In this document: positions 1-8,380 of the stretch, piece by piece
How the letters are laid out: each line of letters starts with the position of its first letter
Position numbering within the stretch: the stretch's first letter is position 1
Assembly: GCA_947482115.1 (NCBI GenBank)
Contig: CANKII010000004.1
Span: 221,630 to 253,629, forward strand
Direction: 5' to 3'
Source of the DNA: Fibrobacterota bacterium
GTDB lineage: Bacteria > Fibrobacterota > Fibrobacteria > UBA11236
Length of the DNA: 32,000 nucleotides
Translations under genes and position numbers: made by a program
The notes under the pieces: model-generated
Seen by the model: the letters and a program-made list of their open reading frames with translations, nothing else
Database searches by the model: none
What the model was told of the DNA's origin: nothing

Positions 1-483
1 CAGGAGAGGCCCTTCCACGGCATTGCCAATGGGATTGGGTCGATCCAAAACCACTACGGGAATCTTCGCCTTCTCACATGCCTTCATGCACAAGTACAGC
101 GTCCAGATGAAGGTGTAATAACGCGCCCCCACATCCTGCATGTCCACGAGCAGTGCATCCAGACCTTGCAGCATTTCCGGCGTGGGTTCACGATGTTCGC
201 CATACAGGCTGTAAACCGGAATTCCCCAATTGGGATGCGCGAAACCACCCCATTCAATCATATTGTCCTGAGTCTGGCCCAAATAGCCGTGTTGAGGCCC
301 AAAAAGGGCTTTGAGGCGGAATAAATCCCCGTCATGGGACTTCAGAACGTCTGCAGAGTGAACCAGCGAAGCGGACACCGAAGCCGGGTGCAAAACCGCG
401 CCCAAAGCGGCGTTTTTCAGGGACTGCGGCCACAGGCTTTTTAGCCTGTCCAGCGGAAGTAGTACGCGATTATCTTTGCTCAC
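1..483 (-). CDS. DUF1343 family protein (NamZ-like exo-beta-N-acetylmuramidase), N-terminal part; the 3' end runs off the window
   Basis: Not in the supplied track because it is open to the window edge. My translation of the reverse strand from the GTG at 483 reads VSKDNRVLLPLDRLKSLWPQSLKNAALGAVLHPASV...GPQHGYLGQTQDNMIEW...PVYSLYGEHREPTPEMLQGLDALLVDMQDVGARYYTFIWTLYLCMKACEKAKIPVVVLDRPNPIGNAVEGPLL. The SLYGE..P..ML, DMQDVG.RYYT and VLDRPNP blocks match what I recall of DUF1343. Confidence 0.7.
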   Translation of the reverse strand, partial: MSKDNRVLLPLDRLKSLWPQSLKNAALGAVLHPASVSASLVHSADVLKSHDGDLFRLKALFGPQHGYLGQTQDNMIEWGGFAHPNWGIPVYSLYGEHREPTPEMLQGLDALLVDMQDVGARYYTFIWTLYLCMKACEKAKIPVVVLDRPNPIGNAVEGPLL

Positions 484-598
484 GGTTTTTCCTTAGGGCG
501 CCCCAGCGCGATTCGTGCAAAAGGTAAATCGCCGTCGGGAGAAGCCAATCACCACGTGCCCCCGGAATATTTCTGGGGAGAAGAAAAAGGATGCAATC

Positions 599-1051
599 AT
601 GGGTTCATTGAATAAAGTCCAGTTAATCGGAAATCTCGGGAAAGACCCCGAAGTTCGCGCGATCCCTTCCGGTGTGAAGGTCGCCAATTTTTCCATCGCC
701 ACCACCGAGAGTTATTCCGACAAGAACGGCCAGAAGGTGGAAAAGACCGAATGGCATAATATTGTGATGTGGCGCGGTCTCGCCGAAGTGGCGGAGAAAT
801 ACCTGCGCAAAGGCAAACAGGTTTATATCGAAGGCCGTCTGCAAACCCGTTCCTGGGATGATCAAACCGGCCAGAAGAAATACATGACGGAAATCGTGGC
901 CGACAATATGGTCATGCTGGGCAGCGCACGCGACGGCGGCGGTTCTGAAGGTTATACTCCCCGTGAAAATTCAGGTGCCGGTTCCATGCGGTCGGAAAGC
1001 TCCATGCCTTCCAGTTTACCCCCAGCACCTGAGGATGATTTGCCGTTCTAA
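599..1051 (+). CDS. ssb: single-stranded DNA-binding protein
   Basis: [20 protein letters not shown]...[39 protein letters not shown] is an OB-fold SSB signature. It has a Gly/Ser-rich linker and the acidic C-terminal tip DDLPF. I chose the ATG at 599, preceded by the purine-rich GGGGAGAAGAAAAAGG, rather than the track start at 515. Confidence 0.95.
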   Translation: MGSLNKVQLIGNLGKDPEVRAIPSGVKVANFSIATTESYSDKNGQKVEKTEWHNIVMWRGLAEVAEKYLRKGKQVYIEGRLQTRSWDDQTGQKKYMTEIVADNMVMLGSARDGGGSEGYTPRENSGAGSMRSESSMPSSLPPAPEDDLPF

Positions 1052-1060
1052 TTCCTGTTG

Positions 1061-1093
1061 GGCGTAGGGGCGGGATAATCCCGCCCCTACGCC
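1061..1093. terminator. perfect 14-bp stem hairpin between convergent ssb and the ABC ATPase gene (putative bidirectional terminator)
   Basis: GGCGTAGGGGCGGG-ATAAT-CCCGCCCCTACGCC read directly from the sequence. It sits 10 nt after the ssb stop and overlaps the stop of the minus-strand gene. There is no clear U-tract. Confidence 0.55.
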
Positions 1094-1902
1094 CCGATTA
1101 ACCTTCCGTAAAGCCGTCCGTTTTGCGACGAAATCGTGAAACGGGCGGCAAAGGTTTTCTCCAGTATTTTCGGTGTCAAAACTTTCTTCCGCGGCCCCGC
1201 AGCGACGACTCGCCCTTCACGCAGAAGTAACACATGACTGAAACCCGGCAGAATCTCTTCCAGATGATGGGTGATATAAACAACCAACGGTCCGCCGGAA
1301 TTGGGCCTTAAAAGTCTTTCGACCCGTTCCAAGAATCGCTCGCGCGCCACGGGATCGAGTCCGGATGTCGGTTCATCCAACAACAACAAATCGGGTTGCA
1401 TGGCCAATGCCCGGGCAATCACCACCAAACGCCGTTGCCCCTGACTTAATTGACGAAATGATCGGGTCGCAAGATGAGTCAACCGAAGCAGCTTCAAAGC
1501 TTGTTTGACGGCCACTTTTTGTTTGGCATCGGGAAGATCGAATTGAATGCCCAAGGTTCCCACCGTGCCGGAAGCCACGACCTCGCCCACAGTTTGATGG
1601 GCTGGAAACTCGGGCTCCACTTCGTTGCCAACCCAAGCCACATGACGCCGTAATTCAGCCACATCATCCGATCCAAAATTGCGGCCCAACACCGATACTT
1701 CTCCCTCTTGAGGCCAAAGCCAACCCTGTAAAACCTGCACGAGAGTGCTTTTACCAGAACCATTGGGACCGAGAATAACCCAATGCTCTCCCTTTCCCAC
1801 CGACCAGGAAAATTCACGCAAGGTCAGGTTTTCACCACGGGTCAAAGTGACTCCGTGAACCTGAAGAACAGGTTCTTTCATTTCTTTTCGATTTTTCGCC
1901 AT
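1087..1902 (-). CDS. ABC transporter ATP-binding protein (ModF/YlmA-like, COG1119-type)
   Basis: Walker A is GPNGSGKSTL, the ABC signature is LSQGQRR, and Walker B is LLLLDEPTSGLD. The start is uncertain: ATG at 1902 or 1881. The track ORF extends to 1956. Confidence 0.85.
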   Translation of the reverse strand: MAKNRKEMKEPVLQVHGVTLTRGENLTLREFSWSVGKGEHWVILGPNGSGKSTLVQVLQGWLWPQEGEVSVLGRNFGSDDVAELRRHVAWVGNEVEPEFPAHQTVGEVVASGTVGTLGIQFDLPDAKQKVAVKQALKLLRLTHLATRSFRQLSQGQRRLVVIARALAMQPDLLLLDEPTSGLDPVARERFLERVERLLRPNSGGPLVVYITHHLEEILPGFSHVLLLREGRVVAAGPRKKVLTPKILEKTFAARFTISSQNGRLYGRLIGA

Positions 1903-2051
1903 ATTTTCAAAATCTACATGACGTTTGCGGGATATCGTAATGCCGTTGAAACACATCTTATCTTGGGTTGGCCGGGTTTAGTCCTAAATTTTTGCAAATC
2001 GAGAGAACGGAATGGGAAATATTCCGGAAACAGAACAGTAAAGGAAATGAT

Positions 2052-2741
2052 GTGGAAGAGCCCAGCGTCCTGATCACCGAAGACGATGCCGATATTCTCG
2101 AGCTCGTCACCTACAGCCTTGAGGCCGAGGGGTTCAAAGTGTTCGCGGCCAAAACCGGGAATGAAGCGCTTTCCATTTTGAATGACGAAAGCGTGGACTT
2201 GGCATTGCTCGACGTGATGCTTCCCGACATGAGCGGCACGGAGCTTTGCCGCCGCATGAAAAACGACGAGCGCATGGAACGCGTCCCCGTCATCTTTCTC
2301 ACCGCTCGCGATGAAGAAACCGATAAACTCGTGGGCTTCAAGGTGGGTGCCGAAGATTATATCACCAAACCTTTTTCACCGCGTGAACTCACCGCCCGTG
2401 TGCGCGCGCTCATCAAACGCGTTCGTGGAGGCGAGGACTATGCGTTTCAAGGTCTTCGCGTCGCCTTGGAAAGCCATCGCGTCGAGGTGAACAACCGCCG
2501 CGTGCATTTGTCGCCACGCGAATTCTCCCTACTGAAAGCCCTGCTGGAAGCCAAACCCAAAACCGTGGATCGCTCTACCTTGCTGGAACGCGCCTGGGGC
2601 ATGGACGCCAAGGCTGGTTTGCGCAGTGTGGACGTGGCTGTCACCCGCTTGCGCGAAAAGCTGGTCTCCTACGGAACCTGCATTCGCACGGTGACCGGCT
2701 TTGGCTATCAATGGGATACTGAGGGATATACCCTCGAATAA
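2052..2741 (+). CDS. OmpR/PhoB-family two-component response regulator
   Basis: The receiver domain reads VLITEDDADILELV...LLDVMLPDMSG...KP. The winged-helix output reads LSPREFSLLKALLE...VDVAVTRLREKL...TVTGFGYQW. The likely start is GTG at 2052, 5 nt after AAGGAA. The track ORF from the TTG at 1968 has a non-homologous leader. Confidence 0.9.
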   Translation: MEEPSVLITEDDADILELVTYSLEAEGFKVFAAKTGNEALSILNDESVDLALLDVMLPDMSGTELCRRMKNDERMERVPVIFLTARDEETDKLVGFKVGAEDYITKPFSPRELTARVRALIKRVRGGEDYAFQGLRVALESHRVEVNNRRVHLSPREFSLLKALLEAKPKTVDRSTLLERAWGMDAKAGLRSVDVAVTRLREKLVSYGTCIRTVTGFGYQWDTEGYTLE

Positions 2742-2754
2742 GGGCGCTGAAAAT

Positions 2755-4515
2755 ATGCGCCCGCATTCCTCCCTCTTCACCCGTTTCCTTTTTCTCCTCA
2801 TCGGATTGGGAATCGGTTTTCTTGCCCTGACCTGGCATCTTTACCATTCCACCGAAAATATCTTTTACGGCGAACTGCAATCCGAATTGCGCGGCGATGT
2901 GGAATGGCTATCCCAACTCACCATTTCCGATTCGAGCCTGTTGCATTTTCCCCGTTCGGATTCCCTTGCAAAGACCGTGTCCCAATTCAAGGGATATCGT
3001 ATCACAATTATCGGTGCCGATGGAAAACTTCTCGGTGATTCCCATGTTCCCGCAGAAAGCCTCGCCTTCACGGAAAACCATTCGACAAGACCGGAAATTA
3101 TCGCGGCACGCAGCGGAGGCTTCGGAACCGCACGGCGTTTTTCCCGTACCGTCGGTGTGGAAATGTTGTACGTCGCCAAGGCGCTTCCCAACGGAGTGGT
3201 GGTGCGCATAGCCGCCGGTTCAGCCACCTTGGAACACTTTCGCCATGCCGCGCTGCGAACTTCATTACTCGCACTTTTGCTTTTCCTTCTCGCCGCATCG
3301 GCCATAGCCTTCTGGATTTCCAGAAATGTCAGTCGCCCGCTTTTGCATTTGCGGGACAAGGCCCGCGATGTATCCAAGCCTTTGCGATGGGACGCGCCTT
3401 TTCGTGAAGCCGATATTCTCAACCAGGCTTTCCTTGAATATGCACAAGCGGTCGGAACCCTTTCTTCGGGCTTGCAACAGGAACGCGATCGGCTGCGGGC
3501 TGTGCTGGATCGGCTCGAGGAAGCCGTTCTGCTGCTGGATGGAAAGGGCATCATCAGGGCGGTCAATTCCTCCGCTTTGCAACTGATTCCGCTGAAGAAC
3601 AACTCCACTTCATTGGAAGGAAAATCATTTTCCGAAGTTGTGGCCCATGAAAAACTTTTGCAATGGATTTCGGACACAAATCCCAAACGCCTGCCTGTGC
3701 TGCAACTAGACAAGGGACCGGAAAATCCACTGGATCTTCTTTGCCATTTGCGTTTACTGCAACCGGAAAATCCCAACGGCGAGTCTCTTCTCACCGTCAT
3801 GGACGTGACCCGCTTCCGCAATCTGGATCGCGCCAAAACCGATTTCGTGGCCAATGCTTCGCATGAATTAAAAACACCACTTTCCTCCATTTTGGGATAT
3901 ACAGAAGCGCTGTTCGACGGCGCCATGGAAAATCCGAAAACGTTGGAACATTTTCTGCGCAAGATTCACGACAACGCCTTACGTTTGCAAAACCTGATCA
4001 AGGATTTACTTAGTCTTTCGCAACTGGAAAATCAGGACGGCCCGGCGGTTACCGAAACCCTGCCCGTGAATCGGTTCGCTGTGGCGGCATGGAACCAACA
4101 TCGCGTGGAGGCCGAGAAAAATGGAATCCGCTTTGAAAACCGCGTGCCGGAAAATTTAACGTGGAACATGGAGCCGCGCGACATGGATTTGTTGCTGGGA
4201 AATCTGATTGGCAATGCCATCCGTTATAACAAGCCCGGTGGAAAAGTTCAGGTGGAATGGGACGAAGAAACCCGTTCACTCGGAGTACGGGATACCGGGC
4301 ACGGCATCATGGCGGAAATGCTTCCACATATTTTTGAACGCTTCTATCGCGGTGATCCGGCGCGCGCCCGCGGTGACGGCACAGGATTGGGACTCGCGAT
4401 TGTCAAACATGCGGTGCAGCGGTATGGGATTCAAATCTCGGCGGAAAGCACGGTGGGTGAAGGCAGCCGCTTTCGGCTCGAAATTCCCGAAGAGCGAATC
4501 GGGTTGCTGGCTTAA
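2755..4515 (+). CDS. sensor histidine kinase (TM, periplasmic loop, TM, PAS-like, HisKA, HATPase_c)
   Basis: The H-box is FVANASHELKTPLSSILGYTEAL. The N-box is LLGNLIGNAIRYNKPGG. The G-boxes are RDTGHGI and GTGLGLAIVKH. There are two hydrophobic segments: FLFLLIGLGIGFLALTW and LLALLLFLLAASAIAFWI. The ATG at 2755 follows the regulator stop by 13 nt. Confidence 0.9.
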   Translation: MRPHSSLFTRFLFLLIGLGIGFLALTWHLYHSTENIFYGELQSELRGDVEWLSQLTISDSSLLHFPRSDSLAKTVSQFKGYRITIIGADGKLLGDSHVPAESLAFTENHSTRPEIIAARSGGFGTARRFSRTVGVEMLYVAKALPNGVVVRIAAGSATLEHFRHAALRTSLLALLLFLLAASAIAFWISRNVSRPLLHLRDKARDVSKPLRWDAPFREADILNQAFLEYAQAVGTLSSGLQQERDRLRAVLDRLEEAVLLLDGKGIIRAVNSSALQLIPLKNNSTSLEGKSFSEVVAHEKLLQWISDTNPKRLPVLQLDKGPENPLDLLCHLRLLQPENPNGESLLTVMDVTRFRNLDRAKTDFVANASHELKTPLSSILGYTEALFDGAMENPKTLEHFLRKIHDNALRLQNLIKDLLSLSQLENQDGPAVTETLPVNRFAVAAWNQHRVEAEKNGIRFENRVPENLTWNMEPRDMDLLLGNLIGNAIRYNKPGGKVQVEWDEETRSLGVRDTGHGIMAEMLPHIFERFYRGDPARARGDGTGLGLAIVKHAVQRYGIQISAESTVGEGSRFRLEIPEERIGLLA

Positions 4516-4527
4516 CAATTCCGGATT

Positions 4528-5310
4528 TTATTTTCCGTTCAACGGCCAGATGATTTGCGCCGCAGCATATCCTGCGCCAAATCCATTATCAATATTCACT
4601 GTGACCAAACCCGGCGCGCAACTGTTTAACATGGAAAGCAGCGCGGCATAGCCTTTGGCCCCGGTTCCATAACCCACTGATGTTGGCAAAGCAATGATCG
4701 GTTTGCCCACCAAGCCAGCCACCACGCTGGGCAAGGCGGCTTCCATTCCCGCCACTGTGATGATCACGGTGGCCCGACGCATTTCAGGAAGACGAGCGAG
4801 CAACCGGGACAAGCCCGCCACACCCACATCCGCGATCAACTTGGCACGACATCCCAACAAGGAAGCTGTGAGCAAGGCCTCTTCGGCCACAGGAAGATCG
4901 GAGGTACCCGCCGCCAACACAAGAATATTTCCTTTGCGATGCTGAACCTTGGGCCGCAAGGGATAATGCAAACAGCGAGCTTGGGGATTCCAATGAAGTT
5001 GCGGGATTTTTTTTTGAATCGCGAATACTTTCTCTTCGCCAACACGAGTCACTAGAATCTTGCCTGAGCGTTCCAATAATCGCGGAATGATTTCCAAAAG
5101 TTGGGGAACGGTTTTGCCTTCGCCAAACACTACTTCAGGATATCCCTTGCGCGTTTCGCGGCTGTGATCCAAGGTGGCGAACCCAATATTCTCCTGCGTA
5201 AGCAAAGCCAGTTGACGCCAAAACTCCGACTTGGAGATGCGATTTTTTTCCAAAGCGGCAGCCAACTTTTGAAATTGGCGGAGAATTTGGGGAGGAATTT
5301 GGGATTTCAA
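4528..5310 (-). CDS. larB: nickel-pincer cofactor biosynthesis protein LarB (PurE-like AIR carboxylase family)
   Basis: DHSRETRKGYPEVVFGEGKT...ILVLAAGTSDLPVAEEA...VAGMEAALPSVVAGL...IALPTSVGYG...LLSMLNSCAPGLVTVNIDNGFGAG is a pattern typical of COG1691/LarB. The start is a TTG at 5310 with no visible SD, so it is uncertain. Confidence 0.8.
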   Translation of the reverse strand: MKSQIPPQILRQFQKLAAALEKNRISKSEFWRQLALLTQENIGFATLDHSRETRKGYPEVVFGEGKTVPQLLEIIPRLLERSGKILVTRVGEEKVFAIQKKIPQLHWNPQARCLHYPLRPKVQHRKGNILVLAAGTSDLPVAEEALLTASLLGCRAKLIADVGVAGLSRLLARLPEMRRATVIITVAGMEAALPSVVAGLVGKPIIALPTSVGYGTGAKGYAALLSMLNSCAPGLVTVNIDNGFGAGYAAAQIIWPLNGK

Positions 5311-5378
5311 AGGGAAAGACTCTTTCGAAGGATTAAGGGAATCTTAATAATCCTCCAATTTTGCATATTAACCCCCCT

Positions 5379-6344
5379 ATGCATCTCATCGTAACCGGCG
5401 GCTGCGGCTTCATCGGCAGCAATTTTGTGCGTCTCATTTTGACCGAAAAACCCGACTGGCGCGTCACCAATATCGATAAGTTGACCTATGCGGGCAATCC
5501 CGCCAACCTGAAGGATTTGGAATCAAACCCGAATTACCGGTTTGTCAAAGCCGACATTTGCGACAAGGCAGCAATGGCAGCATTGTTCGCGGAAAAGCCC
5601 GATGCCGTGGTACATTTCGCCGCCGAGTCGCATGTGGATCGCTCCATCACCGGTCCGGAAATTTTCGTGCAAACCAATGTCATGGGAACTCAAATCCTCC
5701 TCGAATGCGCGCGCGAGGCCAAGACCTCCCGCTTTCTGCATGTCTCCACAGATGAAGTCTATGGTTCGCTGGGACCCACCGGTTATTTCACCGAAGAAAC
5801 TCCCTACGCACCCAACTCTCCCTATTCCGCCAGCAAGGCCGGTTCGGACATGTTGGCGCGGGCTTATCACCATACTTTCGGCATGGACACGGTCATTACC
5901 AACTGTTCCAATAATTACGGGCCTTATCAATTTCCGGAAAAACTGATTCCTCTGTTGATCACCAATCTCATGGATGGAAAAACCATTCCGATTTATGGGG
6001 ATGGGAAAAACATGCGCGACTGGCTGCATGTCGAAGACCATTGCCGCGGCATTTTGCTGGCATTGGAAAAAGGCAAGGCCGGTGAGACTTACAACATCGG
6101 CGGGAACAACGAGTGGAAGAACATCGACATTGCCAAAGAAATCCTGCGCATCATGGGCAAGGAGGAGTCCTCCATCCGTTATGTGACGGATCGTTTGGGT
6201 CATGACTTGCGCTACGCGATCGATTCCTCAAAGATTCAACGCGAACTGGGCTGGAAGCCGAAGCATCGTTTTGAAACCGGACTTCCCGCCACGGTAGCCT
6301 GGTATCAAGCGAATGAAACCTGGTGGCGTCCGCTAAAGAAGTAG
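5379..6344 (+). CDS. rfbB: dTDP-glucose 4,6-dehydratase
   Basis: MHLIVTGGCGFIGSNFVR is the GxxGxxG Rossmann motif. The catalytic YSASKAGSD (YxxxK) is present, along with DKLTYAGN and the HVEDHC block. I preferred the ATG at 5379 over the TTG at 5361. Confidence 0.93.
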   Translation: MHLIVTGGCGFIGSNFVRLILTEKPDWRVTNIDKLTYAGNPANLKDLESNPNYRFVKADICDKAAMAALFAEKPDAVVHFAAESHVDRSITGPEIFVQTNVMGTQILLECAREAKTSRFLHVSTDEVYGSLGPTGYFTEETPYAPNSPYSASKAGSDMLARAYHHTFGMDTVITNCSNNYGPYQFPEKLIPLLITNLMDGKTIPIYGDGKNMRDWLHVEDHCRGILLALEKGKAGETYNIGGNNEWKNIDIAKEILRIMGKEESSIRYVTDRLGHDLRYAIDSSKIQRELGWKPKHRFETGLPATVAWYQANETWWRPLKK

Positions 6345-6352
6345 GGACGAAT

Positions 6353-7282
6353 TTGAATCTCGTTTTCATGGGCACACCTGCCTTCGCCGTGCCCACACTG
6401 GAAGCCTTGATCCAAAAAGGCCACCAAGTTAAACTGGTTGTGACCCAGCCGGACAAACCCAAAGGCCGTGGACAAAAACTGGCAATGTCTCCCGTGAAAG
6501 AAAAGGCAATGGAATTGGGGTTGCCCGTAGCCCAACCTGCTTCGCTTAAAACATCCGAGTTTCATGATCTGATCGCAGAACAAAAAGCGGATTTGTTGGT
6601 GGTGGTTGCTTTTCGAATTCTTCCCGCCACCTTATTTCCTCTGGCGAAATTTGGAGCCGTTAACATCCACGGATCTTTGCTTCCCAAATATCGAGGAGCG
6701 GCTCCCATTCAATGGGCCGTGGCTAAAGGAGAAACGGAAACGGGCGTTACCATTTTCCGACTCGACTCTGAAATTGATCACGGTGGCATTCTGGCGCAGG
6801 CGAAAACACCGATTGGACCGGATGAAACGGCGGGTGAACTGTTTGAGCGACTCAGCGTTATGGGCCGTGATTTATTGCTGAATACACTGGAAGATTTGGA
6901 AGCGGATCGAATCGCACCGCAGGAACAGGATCACGGTAAGGCCAGTCCGGCTCCCAAGCTCAAAAAGGAGGACGGCCGGCTCGACTGGACACTCCCCGCC
7001 GCCGCGCTTCACAATCGCATTCGGGCTTTCAATCCCTATCCGATCTGTTACACCACCGAGGCGGGATCCGGTCGCGTACTGCGCATTCACCGTACGCAAG
7101 TCCTTTCTGGGAATAGCTCCTCAGCCGGAATGTTCGGTGTGGATTCGGAACATCACCCCTTTATCGGAACGGGAGAAGGCTCCCTGCGGCTGGTTGAAGT
7201 TCAATGGGAGGGGAAACCCCGGATTTCAGGACGAGACTTGGTCAACGGACTCCGCGGCGCGGAAGAACTGCGCTTCGCCTGA
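6353..7282 (+). CDS. fmt: methionyl-tRNA formyltransferase
   Basis: (M)NLVFMGTPAFAVPTLEALI...VVTQPDKPKGRGQKL...NIHGSLLPKYRGAAPIQWA are classic Fmt motifs. The start is ambiguous: a TTG at 6353 gives the usual N-terminus, and the alternative is the ATG at 6368. Confidence 0.9.
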   Translation: MNLVFMGTPAFAVPTLEALIQKGHQVKLVVTQPDKPKGRGQKLAMSPVKEKAMELGLPVAQPASLKTSEFHDLIAEQKADLLVVVAFRILPATLFPLAKFGAVNIHGSLLPKYRGAAPIQWAVAKGETETGVTIFRLDSEIDHGGILAQAKTPIGPDETAGELFERLSVMGRDLLLNTLEDLEADRIAPQEQDHGKASPAPKLKKEDGRLDWTLPAAALHNRIRAFNPYPICYTTEAGSGRVLRIHRTQVLSGNSSSAGMFGVDSEHHPFIGTGEGSLRLVEVQWEGKPRISGRDLVNGLRGAEELRFA

Positions 7283-7435
7283 GCATTTCGACGTTTTATT
7301 CCATAAAAAAGGGACAATAAATCTTCGTCCGGAATCGCCCTTAGGCTCTTCGGAGCCTTAGTAACTTATACCCCATCAGTTTGGAGTCCCTGCTGTTGGG
7401 TCTTTCCAATCCAAAACCACTAAGGAGAATCTGTC

Positions 7436-7657
7436 ATGAAAAAATGGATTACCGGCTTCCTGATTTGCTCGGCTTTGATCGCTCCCGCCGCGCTTGCCTC
7501 GGCACGCACCGATTGTCTGAATGCCGCCAAGGCCCAATTCAAAACCGATTCGGGAACCTGCAAGGATTTGCAGAATAAAGAAAGAAGAGATTGCCAGCGC
7601 GATGCAGGCAAGAAATTCAAGGAAGCCCGCAAGGCTTGTCCGGGCAAAGCCAAATAA
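7436..7657 (+). CDS. small secreted Lys-rich four-cysteine protein, function unknown
   Basis: AAGGAG lies 8 nt upstream of the ATG. The signal peptide is MKKWITGFLICSALIAPAALASA. The mature part has four Cys residues and many Lys/Arg residues. A strong terminator follows. Confidence 0.6.
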   Translation: MKKWITGFLICSALIAPAALASARTDCLNAAKAQFKTDSGTCKDLQNKERRDCQRDAGKKFKEARKACPGKAK

Positions 7658-7676
7658 TCTTTAAAAGGATTCGTCC

Positions 7677-7714
7677 AATAAAATAAGCCCGCTTAAAGCG
7701 GGCTTATTTTATTT
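7677..7714. terminator. bidirectional rho-independent terminator between convergent genes
   Basis: AATAAAATAAGCCCGC-TTAAA-GCGGGCTTATTTTATTT. The GC stem AAGCCCGC/GCGGGCTT is flanked by an A-tract and a T-tract, so it can terminate transcription on both strands. Confidence 0.85.
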
Positions 7715-7722
7715 CAAAGACT

Positions 7723-8361
7723 TCAGACTGCAGTGTCGGCTTCAATGGCCTGTTCCTGCTTGGCCTTGCATTGAATGCACATCTTGGCAGTGGGTACCGC
7801 TTCTAAACGTGCCTTGGGAATAATCTTTCCACAGCTCTTACATATGCCATAAGTTCCCGCGCGAACCCGATCCAACGCTTCCTCGATGTAGAACAGGTAA
7901 CGGCCTTCGCGGCTGGCCATGTGAAAGGCCTGCTCGCGATCCTGCGTTTCCGTGGCGTGATCCGCCAGATGATAGGCATGGCTGGACAAATCACCCGCAC
8001 CATCCTTGGCGTTGAGGCGCATACTGTTGTCTTCGATGTAATCGAGTTCCTGAATCAGGGTTTCTTTTTTCTCGTTGAGGAGCTTCTCGAAAAATTTGAG
8101 CTCTTCCTTGTTCATGCGCGTGCGCGTATCCGTGGACACTTTGGAATTTCCTTTGGGGTGTTTGGATTGAACCGGTGCCGGACTTTTGGCCGCCGGTTTT
8201 GAAATGACAACAGGTTTGGCCTTGACTGCCGCCTTGGCAATGGGTTTGGCGGCGGGTTTGGCCTTTGCCACAGCCTTCTTAGGAGCCGCTTTTTTCACAG
8301 GCTTTGCCGCGGATTTCACCGAAGCTTTGGGTTTGGAAGCCTTTTTATTCGCCTTTTTCAT
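7723..8361 (-). CDS. DksA/TraR-family C4 zinc-finger protein with a Lys/Ala/Pro-rich (histone H1-like) N-terminal extension
   Basis: The C-terminal part reads DLSSHAYHLADHATETQDRE...YGICKSCGKIIPKARLEAVPTAKMCIQCK, a CxxC-x17-CxxC DksA/TraR finger. The N-terminal 85 or so residues read MKKANKKASKPKASVKSAAKPVKKAAPKKAVAKAKPAAKPIAKAAVKAKP.... The ATG at 8361 is preceded by GGGAAGGA and lies 19 nt after the ileS stop. Confidence 0.85.
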   Translation of the reverse strand: MKKANKKASKPKASVKSAAKPVKKAAPKKAVAKAKPAAKPIAKAAVKAKPVVISKPAAKSPAPVQSKHPKGNSKVSTDTRTRMNKEELKFFEKLLNEKKETLIQELDYIEDNSMRLNAKDGAGDLSSHAYHLADHATETQDREQAFHMASREGRYLFYIEEALDRVRAGTYGICKSCGKIIPKARLEAVPTAKMCIQCKAKQEQAIEADTAV

Positions 8362-8380
8362 GCCAAATCCTTCCCTGTAT

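Noticed and set aside
1968-2051. N-terminal extensions offered by the track for several genes: 1968-2051 for the response regulator, 515-598 for ssb, 21799-21918 for EboF-like, 23067-23129 for EboD-like, 8362-8460 for dksA-like, and 18039-18089 for rnhA.
   Set aside because: The extensions overlap neighbouring genes or lack homology to the family N-termini. Internal starts with better SD spacing reproduce the canonical N-termini.
2865-3962. A 365-aa minus-strand ORF. Other long antisense ORFs fall in the same class: 5523-6203, 26654-27214, 16312-16719 and 9803-10387.
   Set aside because: Each lies opposite a gene with clear family motifs and has a Ser/Arg-rich composition typical of non-coding frames.
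7340-7361. A hairpin with a UUCG tetraloop (CTTAGGCTC-TTCG-GAGCCTTAG) downstream of fmt.
   Set aside because: The stem contains a mismatch and is not followed by a U-tract. It may be a weak terminator or stabiliser, but the evidence is too thin to call.
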